A stretch of 28,936 nucleotides of DNA from positions 1 through 28,936 of IMG/VR virus record IMGVR_UViG_3300037991_000411. One strand, 5' to 3'. The stretch is from a virus (lineage: Duplodnaviria > Caudoviricetes). Shown here piece after piece: positions 1-8,943 of the stretch (positions within the stretch are counted from its first letter, which is position 1; the number at the start of each line of letters is the position of its first letter). The position numbers and the translations under genes were made by a program. The notes under the pieces are model-generated. The model did no database searches, was not told where the DNA came from, and saw only the letters and a program-made list of their open reading frames with translations.

Positions 1-78
1 CAACATTATAAACAAAAAACAACAATTTATATTTATTAGTATTATGGCAAAGAAAAAGAAAAAACTTATAGAACTTAT
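1..78. repeat. Terminal direct repeat (copy 1), circular assembly overlap
   Basis: Positions 1-78 are identical to 28859-28936; the tape measure stop codon and the protease start codon are both inside it. Confidence 0.97.
10..36 (+). promoter_or_regulatory. Putative phage late promoter, copy 1 (AAACAA-N10-TTTATATTTAT)
   Basis: AAACAA 10-15, TTTATATTTAT 26-36, ATG at 44; same motif and spacing at three other structural-gene starts. Confidence 0.8.
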
Positions 79-1045
79 TATAGACGAAACGGCAGATATG
101 TTTGGTGTAGATGCTATTTCAGTTGTTAAATTTCCTGCAATAGAAGAAAACTTTGTGTTTTTTAATAATGACTTTTTATCACTTGCAAAAGTAGATGATG
201 AGAAAAAGCAATTAGTAGGAGCAATTTTAATACCTGATAAAAAGATTCCTAGATTAGACAAAGATACTAATGAAGAATATGATGTATTCTTTACTAAGGA
301 AACTATTAAACAAGCACAGAAGCTATTTATGTCTAGTTTAAACAACAATAATCACACGCTTGAACACAAAGAACCTGTACAGGGATTAACTGTCGTAGAA
401 TCGTGGATTAAAGAAGATAAAAAATACGATAAGTCTAATATGTATGGTTTTAATAATTTGCCTGTTGGTACTTGGTTTGTTCAAGTAAGTGCTGAAAATA
501 ATCCTGAAATATGGGAAGCTATTAAAAATAAAGAAGTTAGAGGATTTAGTATAGAAGGATATTTTACAGACAAGCTAATAGAAGCATCTAAGGAAATAGA
601 TATTTTAGACGAGGTTTGTGAAGATTGTCCTGATGAGGTAATGATGGGCAAAATAAAAGACATTATTCTACAAAATGAACTTAATCCTGTAGGAGCTTTA
701 GATGGCGAACCTTTATTTAGAACAAAAGAAGAAGCTGAAATCTATGCTGAAATGTTTAAAGGTTGTACAGGTTCACATCCTCATACTGTTGATGGTGTTA
801 AGTTATATATGCCTTGTGCAGACCATTCTTCTGCTACTATGAAAGAAGAATTGTATACTAAAACAGGTAGAAAAAAAAGAAAGAAAAAATACAAGATGCT
901 AGAATATGTTGCTTATGCTAAGAAAAAAGCTATGCTAAAGTATTCTTGGGATGATTGTATGCGTGACCAAATTAAACAATACGGCAATAAAGAAACTGCT
1001 GCTAAAGTCTGTTCAGCCATCAAAAATAGGACAGTAAAACGCTAA
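44..1045 (+). CDS. Prohead serine protease, XkdF-like, with Cys/His-rich C-terminal modules
   Basis: AISVVKFPAIE, GAILIPDK, HTLEH, GTWF and GFSIEG motifs; lies directly upstream of scaffold and capsid. Confidence 0.82.
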   Translation: MAKKKKKLIELIIDETADMFGVDAISVVKFPAIEENFVFFNNDFLSLAKVDDEKKQLVGAILIPDKKIPRLDKDTNEEYDVFFTKETIKQAQKLFMSSLNNNNHTLEHKEPVQGLTVVESWIKEDKKYDKSNMYGFNNLPVGTWFVQVSAENNPEIWEAIKNKEVRGFSIEGYFTDKLIEASKEIDILDEVCEDCPDEVMMGKIKDIILQNELNPVGALDGEPLFRTKEEAEIYAEMFKGCTGSHPHTVDGVKLYMPCADHSSATMKEELYTKTGRKKRKKKYKMLEYVAYAKKKAMLKYSWDDCMRDQIKQYGNKETAAKVCSAIKNRTVKR

Positions 1046-1051
1046 AGAAAT

Positions 1052-1078
1052 AAACAATTTAAACACCTTTATATTTAT
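1052..1078 (+). promoter_or_regulatory. Putative phage late promoter, copy 2
   Basis: AAACAA 1052-1057, TTTATATTTAT 1068-1078, ATG at 1086. Confidence 0.8.
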
Positions 1079-1085
1079 TAATGTT

Positions 1086-1784
1086 ATGGGAACAATAGAA
1101 AAAATTTTAAATATCTTGAAAATGAAAAATGAACCTAAATCTTATAGCGTAAAAATGTACGCTGAAATGAAATTAGATGATGGTCGTGTAGTTGCTACAG
1201 AAGATGAGCAATTCATGATTGGCTCTAAAGTATTTGCTATCTCTGATGATGGCGAAGCATCTGCGTTAGAAGCAGGTAGCTACACAATGGAAAATGGAAA
1301 TAAATTAACTATTGGCGAGAACTCTGATATCCTTGACTTAGGCGAAGAAAAAGAAGCTGAAGATGTTGAAGCATCTGAGGAAGAACTTTCTGAAGAAGTA
1401 GCTGAGGAATCTAAAGAAGAAGAATTAGCTGAAGAAGCTGATGTTGCTGATTGGAAAGGAATGGAAATTAGAATCAAAAATTTAGAGGATGCTGTAGCTG
1501 ACTTAAAAGCTGATAAAGTAGAAGCATCTGCTGAATTATCTAAAGAAGAATCTGAAGAAGAAACTGAAGAAGAATCTGAAGATAAAACAGAAATGAGTTC
1601 AGAAGTTATAGGGGAACTTATGACACAAATAGAAGAACTTAAAGGTAAGATAGTAGAATTAAGTGGCGAACCTGCTGCGGAGGGTATTTCATACAATCCT
1701 GAAGGACAAAACTTTAGTGCTACTGTCGATTTAAAGAAACTGTCTACTAAAGAGAGGGCAGCATATTACATTAACAATAAATAA
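1086..1784 (+). CDS. Capsid scaffolding protein
   Basis: Very Glu-rich, coiled-coil-prone 232 aa protein between protease and capsid genes. Confidence 0.72.
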   Translation: MGTIEKILNILKMKNEPKSYSVKMYAEMKLDDGRVVATEDEQFMIGSKVFAISDDGEASALEAGSYTMENGNKLTIGENSDILDLGEEKEAEDVEASEEELSEEVAEESKEEELAEEADVADWKGMEIRIKNLEDAVADLKADKVEASAELSKEESEEETEEESEDKTEMSSEVIGELMTQIEELKGKIVELSGEPAAEGISYNPEGQNFSATVDLKKLSTKERAAYYINNK

Positions 1785-1792
1785 TTTTAAAA

Positions 1793-2770
1793 ATGGCAAA
1801 TAATAACTACAATTTAAGTAAAGAGTATCAGTTTGATATAACCGTGACTGATAACACCTATGCAGGTAAATTAGCTTTGCCTTATGTGACTGCTGCAGTC
1901 AAATCTCCTGACACGATTGCAAAAGGATATGTAAGACAAATAGACGGTTTAAATAGTAAAGCAGTAATATCTAACTTAGGAGTTTCTGACCCTGTAGTAG
2001 CTGCTGCTTGTTCTTTCTCATCAGGAAATGACACTTCACTAACAGAACAAGTTTTAACATTAACTGATATGAAAGTTAATGAAGAAATTTGTAGAGGAAC
2101 TGTGTTTCCAACATGGATTGGTGAAAATATGGATAGAAACGGAAATCTTCCAGGAACATTTGAGGACTTCTTATTAGCATCTATTGCTGCAAAAGCAGGT
2201 GCTCATATTGAGAATATGATATGGAAAGGTTCTTCTCCTTTTGGTGTTGGTTTTCAATCAGATGATGGTTCTTTAGACGAAACAGGTGCAGACGCTTCTG
2301 CTATGAAAGATTTTCACGAAGTAGATTTAGACGGTGCTATCACTACTGCAGACATCTTAGATGATTTAGCTGCAGTTTATGACAAAGTTGTTGCTTCTGT
2401 AGAAGGTATTTTATCTAAGCCAGGTTTTGGTTTTTATATGAACCAAAAAACATATGCTTTATATGCTCAAAAATTAGCTTCTGCTACTACATTCCAACAA
2501 TTAGGTGCTGCAGGTCAGTTTAATGGATTAACTTATATGGGCTTCCCTATTTATGTTTGTCCTGGAATGTTTAACGATACTATCGTTGCTACATATCCTG
2601 AAAACCTTGTAGTAGGAACTAACCTTGCAACGGACGCCACTGAAGCTCGTGTTATCCCGACCTATCAATTCGACGGGAGTGATAATGTAAGAGTTGTAAT
2701 GAACTTTGCAATGGGTGTACAAACTGCGGTAGGAACAGACGGTGTATTTGCTACATCTGTTTGGACTTAA
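1793..2770 (+). CDS. Major capsid protein
   Basis: 325 aa, follows protease and scaffold; TYAGKLALPY, IWKG and NLVVGT motifs resemble Bacteroidota phage capsid proteins; followed by a terminator. Confidence 0.85.
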   Translation: MANNNYNLSKEYQFDITVTDNTYAGKLALPYVTAAVKSPDTIAKGYVRQIDGLNSKAVISNLGVSDPVVAAACSFSSGNDTSLTEQVLTLTDMKVNEEICRGTVFPTWIGENMDRNGNLPGTFEDFLLASIAAKAGAHIENMIWKGSSPFGVGFQSDDGSLDETGADASAMKDFHEVDLDGAITTADILDDLAAVYDKVVASVEGILSKPGFGFYMNQKTYALYAQKLASATTFQQLGAAGQFNGLTYMGFPIYVCPGMFNDTIVATYPENLVVGTNLATDATEARVIPTYQFDGSDNVRVVMNFAMGVQTAVGTDGVFATSVWT

Positions 2771-2784
2771 TAGATACTTTAAAT

Positions 2785-2810
2785 GGGGAGTTGTAATATA
2801 CTCCCCTTTT
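2785..2810 (+). terminator. Intrinsic terminator after capsid gene
   Basis: Stem GGGGAGT (2785-2791) / ACTCCCC (2800-2806), followed by TTTT. Confidence 0.75.
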
Positions 2811-2835
2811 ATTAACCTTTTAATAATATAATAAT

Positions 2836-3429
2836 ATGGCTTGTAATATAACAAGAGGACGATTGATAGATTGTAAAGATAGTATAGGTGGTTTAAAAGC
2901 TATTTATATTGCTAAATCATACAGCAACAATATCTCTGCTGTGGCTACAATCAATACTACTGAAATGACTACAGCAGGTTTTGCTACTTGGTCATGCTGT
3001 GGTGGTACGGTTGAAGTCTTTAAATACGATTTAGTACAGAATCTTTCTAGTCTTACGGTTAATATAAATTCTGACAACGCTAATGGTACTACTTTCTTTG
3101 AGCAAACACTTTCTGTAGTTTTACAAAAGATAGACCACGATATGACTAATGAATTAAGACTTATGGCTTATTCAAGAAGTCAAATCTTTGTTCAAGATTC
3201 TAACGATAATGTTTATTTATTAGGAATAGACGGTGGTTGTTATGTGACAGGTGGTACAGTAGTTACTGGAACTGCTAAAGGAGATTTAACAGGATACACA
3301 ATAGAATGGGGAGCAGAAGAAAAGAACGCTTTAATACAGCTTCCTGCTAGTGCAGGTGCAGGTACAGCTAAATATCCATTCGATGGATTAGCTGATGAAG
3401 CTAACTTGACTATTACTGTAGGAACTTAA
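2836..3429 (+). CDS. Major structural protein, probable tail tube protein
   Basis: 197 aa, Thr/Gly-rich beta composition; N-terminal MAC...CKDSIGG and NGTTFFEQTL motifs recur after capsid genes in flavobacterial phages. Confidence 0.62.
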   Translation: MACNITRGRLIDCKDSIGGLKAIYIAKSYSNNISAVATINTTEMTTAGFATWSCCGGTVEVFKYDLVQNLSSLTVNINSDNANGTTFFEQTLSVVLQKIDHDMTNELRLMAYSRSQIFVQDSNDNVYLLGIDGGCYVTGGTVVTGTAKGDLTGYTIEWGAEEKNALIQLPASAGAGTAKYPFDGLADEANLTITVGT

Positions 3430-3451
3430 TCGTTACTCTAAATAGATAAAG

Positions 3452-3476
3452 AAAGGGGTTTTATGCCCCTTTTTTT
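3452..3476 (+). terminator. Intrinsic terminator
   Basis: AAAGGGGT-tttat-GCCCCTTTTTTT hairpin with U-tract. Confidence 0.8.
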
Positions 3477-3486
3477 GTACATTAAA

Positions 3487-3513
3487 AAACAATATCCTAA
3501 CTTTTATATTTAT
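3487..3513 (+). promoter_or_regulatory. Putative phage late promoter, copy 3
   Basis: AAACAA 3487-3492, TTTATATTTAT 3503-3513, ATG at 3525; immediately after a terminator. Confidence 0.8.
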
Positions 3514-3524
3514 AATAAAATACT

Positions 3525-3695
3525 ATGGCTTGGAAACTTAAAAAAGAATGGGAAGGCAAAAGCGTTGATAATATCAATATCCCATTAGATGAATTAACAC
3601 AAAAGCAAATACAAGGATTGAACGAGAGTGTTAGAAATAGTTTATTTGTAGAAGAAAAACCTAAAAAGAAGAAAAATAGTGGCTTGGCGAATTAA
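3525..3695 (+). CDS. Small hypothetical protein, 56 aa (not in ORF track)
   Basis: Hand translation MAWKLKKEWEGKSVDNINIPLDELTQKQIQGLNESVRNSLFVEEKPKKKKNSGLAN; first ORF after promoter copy 3. Confidence 0.75.
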   Translation: MAWKLKKEWEGKSVDNINIPLDELTQKQIQGLNESVRNSLFVEEKPKKKKNSGLAN

Positions 3696-3810
3696 ACCAG
3701 AATACGCAGATAAAATTATAGGAGATATAAATACTTTTGATAGTGATGCTTTAAAAGTATTTGCAGAACAGAATCCTGAATTTATTAATAAATACTTTAT
3801 AGAACAATGA
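3679..3810 (+). CDS. Small hypothetical protein, 43 aa, GTG start (not in ORF track)
   Basis: MAWRIKPEYADKIIGDINTFDSDALKVFAEQNPEFINKYFIEQ; ATGA overlap with next gene; resembles the upstream ORF. Confidence 0.65.
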   Translation: MAWRIKPEYADKIIGDINTFDSDALKVFAEQNPEFINKYFIEQ

Positions 3811-4253
3811 TTCAGACTTTGAGATATGGAGCAAGTAGTCCTGTTTTTGCTAGTTATGTAAATATCTATGATATAACTAAAAGCACAGTAACCTATAAGC
3901 CATTATGGGTTTTAACAAGCCAATTAACAGGAAAAGAAAAAGCTTTTGTGCCTGTTGTTGTTCAAACTCTTTATCCTAGAGCAGCAGGTTTTTTATGGGC
4001 AATGGTAAAAAGTCAAGCAGAAGAAAATTTAACAGCACAACATATATTTATAGGAGATACAGATTATCCTTTAGGGTTTTATGATTTAGAAATATATCAA
4101 AACACTTCTGACACTAATCTTGATAAAACAGGATTAACAAGATTATATACAGGATTATTTAATGTAAAAGGTGGTACAGGTGCAGAATCGGTAACATACT
4201 CAGAATACACAACTAATGACGCAGACACAGAAAGCGTTTATGTAACAATATAA
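3807..4253 (+). CDS. Hypothetical virion protein (possible head-tail joining/stopper)
   Basis: 148 aa, beta-rich, directly upstream of portal; function from context only. Confidence 0.5.
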   Translation: MIQTLRYGASSPVFASYVNIYDITKSTVTYKPLWVLTSQLTGKEKAFVPVVVQTLYPRAAGFLWAMVKSQAEENLTAQHIFIGDTDYPLGFYDLEIYQNTSDTNLDKTGLTRLYTGLFNVKGGTGAESVTYSEYTTNDADTESVYVTI

Positions 4254-4255
4254 TT

Positions 4256-6415
4256 ATGAATTTAGATTTAGTAAAATTAAGCCACTATAATATCCCACAC
4301 TTAGTAGAAGATACTAAGAATGATTGGGTAAATTTCGGACAAGACAACCTTTATCCCAATTATCTACTAGACCTATTCTTAGGAAGTGCTATTAATGGTG
4401 CTTTAATTAAGTCAATAGGTGCTATGATATATGGCGAAGGATTAGCTGCTACTAATGTTGATGAAACCACAGACACTAAAGAGTCTTATTTACGACTTAC
4501 AGAGCTGTTACATAATTCTGATGATGATGTATTAAAAGACCTAGCAATGGATTTAAAGCTATTTGGAGGTTGTTATGTTAATGTTATTTGGTCTAGGGAT
4601 AGAAGTAAGATAGCTAAAATGTTACATATCCCTGCTCAATATATCCGCAGTGGTAAAATGATAGATGGAGAAATACGACACTACTACTACTCTGCTGATT
4701 GGTCTAAAACAAGAAAAGCAGAATACAAGCCAAGAGCATATCCTGCATTTAATACAGAAGATAGAACACAAGCTAGTCAGATTCTAATGATTAGAGATAA
4801 AAACCCTGCTTTATTCTATGGCTTTGCTCCTGATTATGTAGCTGCTACTGATTGGATTCAAATGGAATTAGAAATAGCTCAGTTTCACTTATCTAATATA
4901 ACGTCAGGAATGACTCCTAGTATGCACGTTGGCTTTTCTAACGGTATACCTACTGAAGAAGAAAGAAGAACTATAGAAAGACAATTAAACGCTAAATTTG
5001 CAGGTAGTGGTAATGCAGGTAAAATACTTATTACTTTTAATGACGGTAAAGAAACTGCACCTATTATAGAACCTATCCAAATGAATGATGCACAGAATGC
5101 TTGGGTAGAAATGCAGAAAAGTGCAGTTGCAAATATACTCGCGGGACATCGTGTGGTGAGTCCAATCCTTTTTGGAATCAGAACTGATACGGGTGGTGGT
5201 TTAGGCAATAATGCTGATGAATTGCGAGATGCTTACAGTTTATTTAACAATACTGTGGTCGTTCCCTTCCAAAACACGCTTTTAAAGGGTTTAGAGAAGA
5301 TATTTAAGGTAAATGACATAAACCTTGATTTGTACTTTAAATCGCTTAAACCTGCTGATTTTATTGATTTAGAAGTTACTAAGACACAATCAGAGGAGGA
5401 CCAAGAAAAAGAAGGTGTTACAAAAGAAGATATAAATACAGAAGAATTAAAGCACGAATTTAAGGACTTACAAGATATAGACACTAAACCTACTAAGGGA
5501 ATGGTAGAAGAAGCTATTAGGGGTTTAGAATGGCGTAGAGAATATGATAGAGGGGGAACACAAGTAGCAGTAGCTAGAGCCACAAACATAAAAAACGGTG
5601 ACAATCTTAGTTTAGACACTATCTCTCGTATGAACAGTTTTTTTGCAAGGCACGAAGTAGATAAACAAGCTGAAGGTTTTAATCCTGGAGAAGAAGGATA
5701 TCCAAGTGCAGGTAGAATAGCTTGGGCATTATGGGGAGGTGATGCAGGACAAAGTTGGGCAAAAAAAAAAGTTAAAGAAATAGAGGGCGTTAGAGCTGAC
5801 TTATCAGATGACGAATTTGATGATGTATTTAACGCTTTAAAAGGAGAAAAGATAGATTTAGATGAATGGGAAGTAGTAGATGAGCAAGATTATGTAGATG
5901 ACTACGAGGATTGGGCAGATACATTTATAATGCCTAAAGAAAAAAAAGAGTTTGCAGATGAAATATCAGCAAAACCTGACGGCTTTAGTTATTTAGATAA
6001 ATCATATTACAAAATACGATTTAAGTATTTTAAAAAGAGTAAAAGAAAAACTAAAACAGGAACATCAAGATTGTTTTGTAGAAATATGATGAGATTATCA
6101 GGAGAAGGAACTGTATATAGATTAGAAGATATTGACGCAGCTAGTAGAGCAGGTGTTAATAAACAACTAGGACATAAAGGTAGAAAGTATGACCTTTTCA
6201 AGTTCAAAGGAGGAATTTGGTGTACCCACGCCTGGAAGATAGTTTTATATCGCCTTAAAGCAGGTAGTGAGCTAAAAGAAGGACAAGGATTAGATGACTA
6301 TAAAAAAACATCATCAATACCTAAAACTTACGAGCCAAAACCAAGAGGAATAAAGGACGCAGTTCAAGCAGCAAACGCAAGTAATAATTGGTGGAAATAT
6401 CCAGGTAGAAAATAA
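4256..6415 (+). CDS. Portal protein with long multi-domain C-terminal extension
   Basis: N-terminal ~365 aa carry portal motifs (FGQDNLYPNYL, GSGNAGK, ILAGHRVVSPILFGI, LGNNADE); ~350 extra residues follow. Confidence 0.85.
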   Translation: MNLDLVKLSHYNIPHLVEDTKNDWVNFGQDNLYPNYLLDLFLGSAINGALIKSIGAMIYGEGLAATNVDETTDTKESYLRLTELLHNSDDDVLKDLAMDLKLFGGCYVNVIWSRDRSKIAKMLHIPAQYIRSGKMIDGEIRHYYYSADWSKTRKAEYKPRAYPAFNTEDRTQASQILMIRDKNPALFYGFAPDYVAATDWIQMELEIAQFHLSNITSGMTPSMHVGFSNGIPTEEERRTIERQLNAKFAGSGNAGKILITFNDGKETAPIIEPIQMNDAQNAWVEMQKSAVANILAGHRVVSPILFGIRTDTGGGLGNNADELRDAYSLFNNTVVVPFQNTLLKGLEKIFKVNDINLDLYFKSLKPADFIDLEVTKTQSEEDQEKEGVTKEDINTEELKHEFKDLQDIDTKPTKGMVEEAIRGLEWRREYDRGGTQVAVARATNIKNGDNLSLDTISRMNSFFARHEVDKQAEGFNPGEEGYPSAGRIAWALWGGDAGQSWAKKKVKEIEGVRADLSDDEFDDVFNALKGEKIDLDEWEVVDEQDYVDDYEDWADTFIMPKEKKEFADEISAKPDGFSYLDKSYYKIRFKYFKKSKRKTKTGTSRLFCRNMMRLSGEGTVYRLEDIDAASRAGVNKQLGHKGRKYDLFKFKGGIWCTHAWKIVLYRLKAGSELKEGQGLDDYKKTSSIPKTYEPKPRGIKDAVQAANASNNWWKYPGRK

Positions 6416-6424
6416 AATAAAATT

Positions 6425-6742
6425 ATGGCATTAGAAATAGCATATACAAGTTCACACGGTGTAGAATCTAAACAGGCATACCACCGTATATATAAAATAA
6501 TTTATAACGTAAGAAAAACAACCTCTGCTACTGCTTATGCAGAAGTTTATTATAATGATATGGCAAGGCGACAAGGATTTGACCCTATTGATACAGTAGA
6601 GTTTGATTTTGTTATGGATGTATCAAAATTAGCACCTGAGCCAGTAACACAGGCGTATCAATCTTTAAAAACTAAGGCAGTAGTTACAGATAATAGAGGT
6701 AAAACTAAATCACTAGATTATTCAAAAGCTAAAGACGTTTAA
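6425..6742 (+). CDS. Hypothetical protein
   Basis: 105 aa ORF with AT-rich leader; AYHRI and QAYQSLKT motifs recall small tail-associated proteins. Confidence 0.6.
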   Translation: MALEIAYTSSHGVESKQAYHRIYKIIYNVRKTTSATAYAEVYYNDMARRQGFDPIDTVEFDFVMDVSKLAPEPVTQAYQSLKTKAVVTDNRGKTKSLDYSKAKDV

Positions 6743-6744
6743 AT

Positions 6745-7329
6745 ATGGCAATACAACATACATTATTCATATCAGCAACAAGATTAAAAAAAGATACGGC
6801 TTTAGGTGGCTCAGTAGATGACAACCTTATAATGCCTTATATTCTATTAGCACAGGATATGAAAATTTTACCTGTTCTTGGAACTGATTTATATGAAGCT
6901 CTTAAAACTAAAATAAATGGAGGTACTCTTACAGGCGATTATAAGACCTTAATGGAAACTTATATACAACCTGCATTAGTGCAGTTTGCATTTGCTCAAC
7001 TAGCACCTTATTTAAGGTTACGTTTTGTTAATAATGCAGTTGTAGTAATGGGTGCAACAGAACAATCTTCTAGTGCTACTTATGACGATATAAAACCTTT
7101 AATGGCTACTGCTGAAGATGCTGCACAGTTTTATAGACAAAGATTAATAGATTACTTAACAGACAAAGGCAGTAGTGCTTTTCCTGAATATGCTAGTAAT
7201 AATGATGCAGGAGAAATGAGTCCTACGGTACGTAATTATTATGCAGGGCTAAATCTTGATATAGCACCAGTAAGTAATAGGGTAAAGAGTTTTCTACAAG
7301 GAGCAAATATTACTACTTATGACTGTTAA
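6745..7329 (+). CDS. Head-tail adaptor protein (DUF6712-like)
   Basis: LFIS...VDDNLIMPYILLAQD...LGTDLYE...YIQPALV...FPEY pattern; downstream of portal. Confidence 0.72.
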   Translation: MAIQHTLFISATRLKKDTALGGSVDDNLIMPYILLAQDMKILPVLGTDLYEALKTKINGGTLTGDYKTLMETYIQPALVQFAFAQLAPYLRLRFVNNAVVVMGATEQSSSATYDDIKPLMATAEDAAQFYRQRLIDYLTDKGSSAFPEYASNNDAGEMSPTVRNYYAGLNLDIAPVSNRVKSFLQGANITTYDC

Positions 7330-7453
7330 GAGAAGAACATATCCAAGTAGCTTGGAAAATTTTAAAAAGTTAAAAAATTATATTAAAAAGTTAAACAATG
7401 GCAGGACAAAGATTAACCGACAAATCAGGACTAGCACAGCAACCAGCAAGTGA
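7319..7453 (+). CDS. Small basic hypothetical protein, 44 aa (not in ORF track)
   Basis: MTVKRRTYPSSLENFKKLKNYIKKLNNGRTKINRQIRTSTATSK; fills the gap and overlaps both neighbours. Confidence 0.45.
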   Translation: MTVKRRTYPSSLENFKKLKNYIKKLNNGRTKINRQIRTSTATSK

Positions 7454-7928
7454 TGATTTATTAATGGTGGTAGATGCTTCTGATACTACAGGGTCGGCAT
7501 CAGGTACAAGTAAAAAAATAGAAGCTAAAAATGTATTTACTGTAAAATCAGTTTCTTTATCTTCTGCACAAATACAAGCATTACATGCTACTGCTATAGA
7601 GTTAATTGCTGCTCCTGGTAGTGGTTATTCTATTATGATTCACAGCATTTTGGTTGATGGCATCTATGGTACTACTACAGAAACAAGCGGAAGAGACCTT
7701 TTATTTGCTTATGGCACACCTTCTTTTTTCCCCCCACCCGGCAACTATTCTTATTTTCTTGAGAATTTTATGCTTAATGCAGCAACTAGTAGAACTTTGT
7801 ATGCTATACCTTTACCTAAAGGTACGAGTGTTGCAGATAATCAACCTTGGAAAGTAAAAGCAAACCTTCCAATAACTGCTGATTTTACTGCTGTTGTTCA
7901 TATAGCTCATACAATTATAAAACTATGA
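7398..7928 (+). CDS. Short virion fibre/spike-like protein
   Basis: N-terminal RLTDK...PASDDLLMVVD...TSKKI resembles fibre anchor segments; small beta-rich C-terminal domain. Confidence 0.5.
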   Translation: MAGQRLTDKSGLAQQPASDDLLMVVDASDTTGSASGTSKKIEAKNVFTVKSVSLSSAQIQALHATAIELIAAPGSGYSIMIHSILVDGIYGTTTETSGRDLLFAYGTPSFFPPPGNYSYFLENFMLNAATSRTLYAIPLPKGTSVADNQPWKVKANLPITADFTAVVHIAHTIIKL

Positions 7929-8941
7929 TAAAATATCTATTCTTATTATTACCTTTTTTAACCTTTAGTCAAGGTGGCTTTTTTAAGTATTCTACATTTT
8001 ATACTTCTATGAGCATGAATACTTCTATGATTGAAGCAGAAGATTATCAAGCAATCGCTAAAGGATACGAAGATATAACACAAGTAAATCCTTATGACTA
8101 TAACCTAACTATAGGTATTCGTAAGATTGCTAGATTTGATTATGAGTATAAAGTAAAAACCTGGTATTATGGAACTGAAAAAGCTGTTGCAGATAATGTT
8201 ACTATTGGTAATTCTAATGGTTGGGAGTATTTGCTTAATTATTCATTTATACGTAATCGTTCCGATAAGTTTACTGAGCAGAACTTTTGGCTTAGATATC
8301 TTGGAAACAGATGCGTAACTAAAATACAATATACTGACAATCAACGAGTAGATTTAAGGTACAATTCAATAGATTCTAGATATAGAATAAAAAAAGGTAA
8401 TTTTGACTTTACTATTGGTGCTAATTTTAGAATGCACGACCCCTATGGAATAAATCCTATAGAAGATTTCTGGATTCCTGGACAAACTTCTTTCCAACAA
8501 TTAGCTTCTGACTTTGGATATTCTAGCCAATTTGTTAATGGCAGATGGCACTGGTATAAAGAGGGCGAAGTGATAGCGACGTCAAATGATGAGTTCTACA
8601 AGCATTATTTTGGTCAAGCTATAGCAGAGTTCAACGAAAGGGAGTTAGAAGCTCTAGGGTCACAAAATGAGCTTTCTGCGGTGTTTGGGGTGGCTTACTA
8701 TAGCTACAATCCTAAGTTTTGGCTACATATATGGGCAAATGTAATGCCTTTTCATTATGGATTAGATGATTATTCCTTTGAGTATGGAGATGGCTTAAAT
8801 AAGCTAGATTGGGACTCAGGAATGATATTAGGTTATAGAGTCACAAAACATTTAGGAGTATTTATAGAAGGGACTCATCAAAGATATTGGGATAAGCCAT
8901 TATACGAGTCAAAATTTGGGTTTAATTATTTAGTATTTTAA
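7925..8941 (+). CDS. Putative outer-membrane beta-barrel protein
   Basis: Signal peptide MIKYLFLLLPFLTFS/Q; amphipathic aromatic-rich strands (YDYNLTIGIRK, FDFTIGANFR, LGVFIEGTH); C-terminal KFGFNYLVF ending in Phe. Confidence 0.7.
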   Translation: MIKYLFLLLPFLTFSQGGFFKYSTFYTSMSMNTSMIEAEDYQAIAKGYEDITQVNPYDYNLTIGIRKIARFDYEYKVKTWYYGTEKAVADNVTIGNSNGWEYLLNYSFIRNRSDKFTEQNFWLRYLGNRCVTKIQYTDNQRVDLRYNSIDSRYRIKKGNFDFTIGANFRMHDPYGINPIEDFWIPGQTSFQQLASDFGYSSQFVNGRWHWYKEGEVIATSNDEFYKHYFGQAIAEFNERELEALGSQNELSAVFGVAYYSYNPKFWLHIWANVMPFHYGLDDYSFEYGDGLNKLDWDSGMILGYRVTKHLGVFIEGTHQRYWDKPLYESKFGFNYLVF

Positions 8942-8943
8942 GT

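Noticed and set aside
1-78. 78-bp terminal repeat as a biological genome end
   Set aside because: It cuts through coding sequence and its length is typical of an assembler overlap; it is best read as circularity only.
5761-5770. A10 run in the portal gene as a programmed slippage site
   Set aside because: It encodes AKKK in an A-rich genome with other long A runs; I saw no stimulatory element or useful alternative frame.
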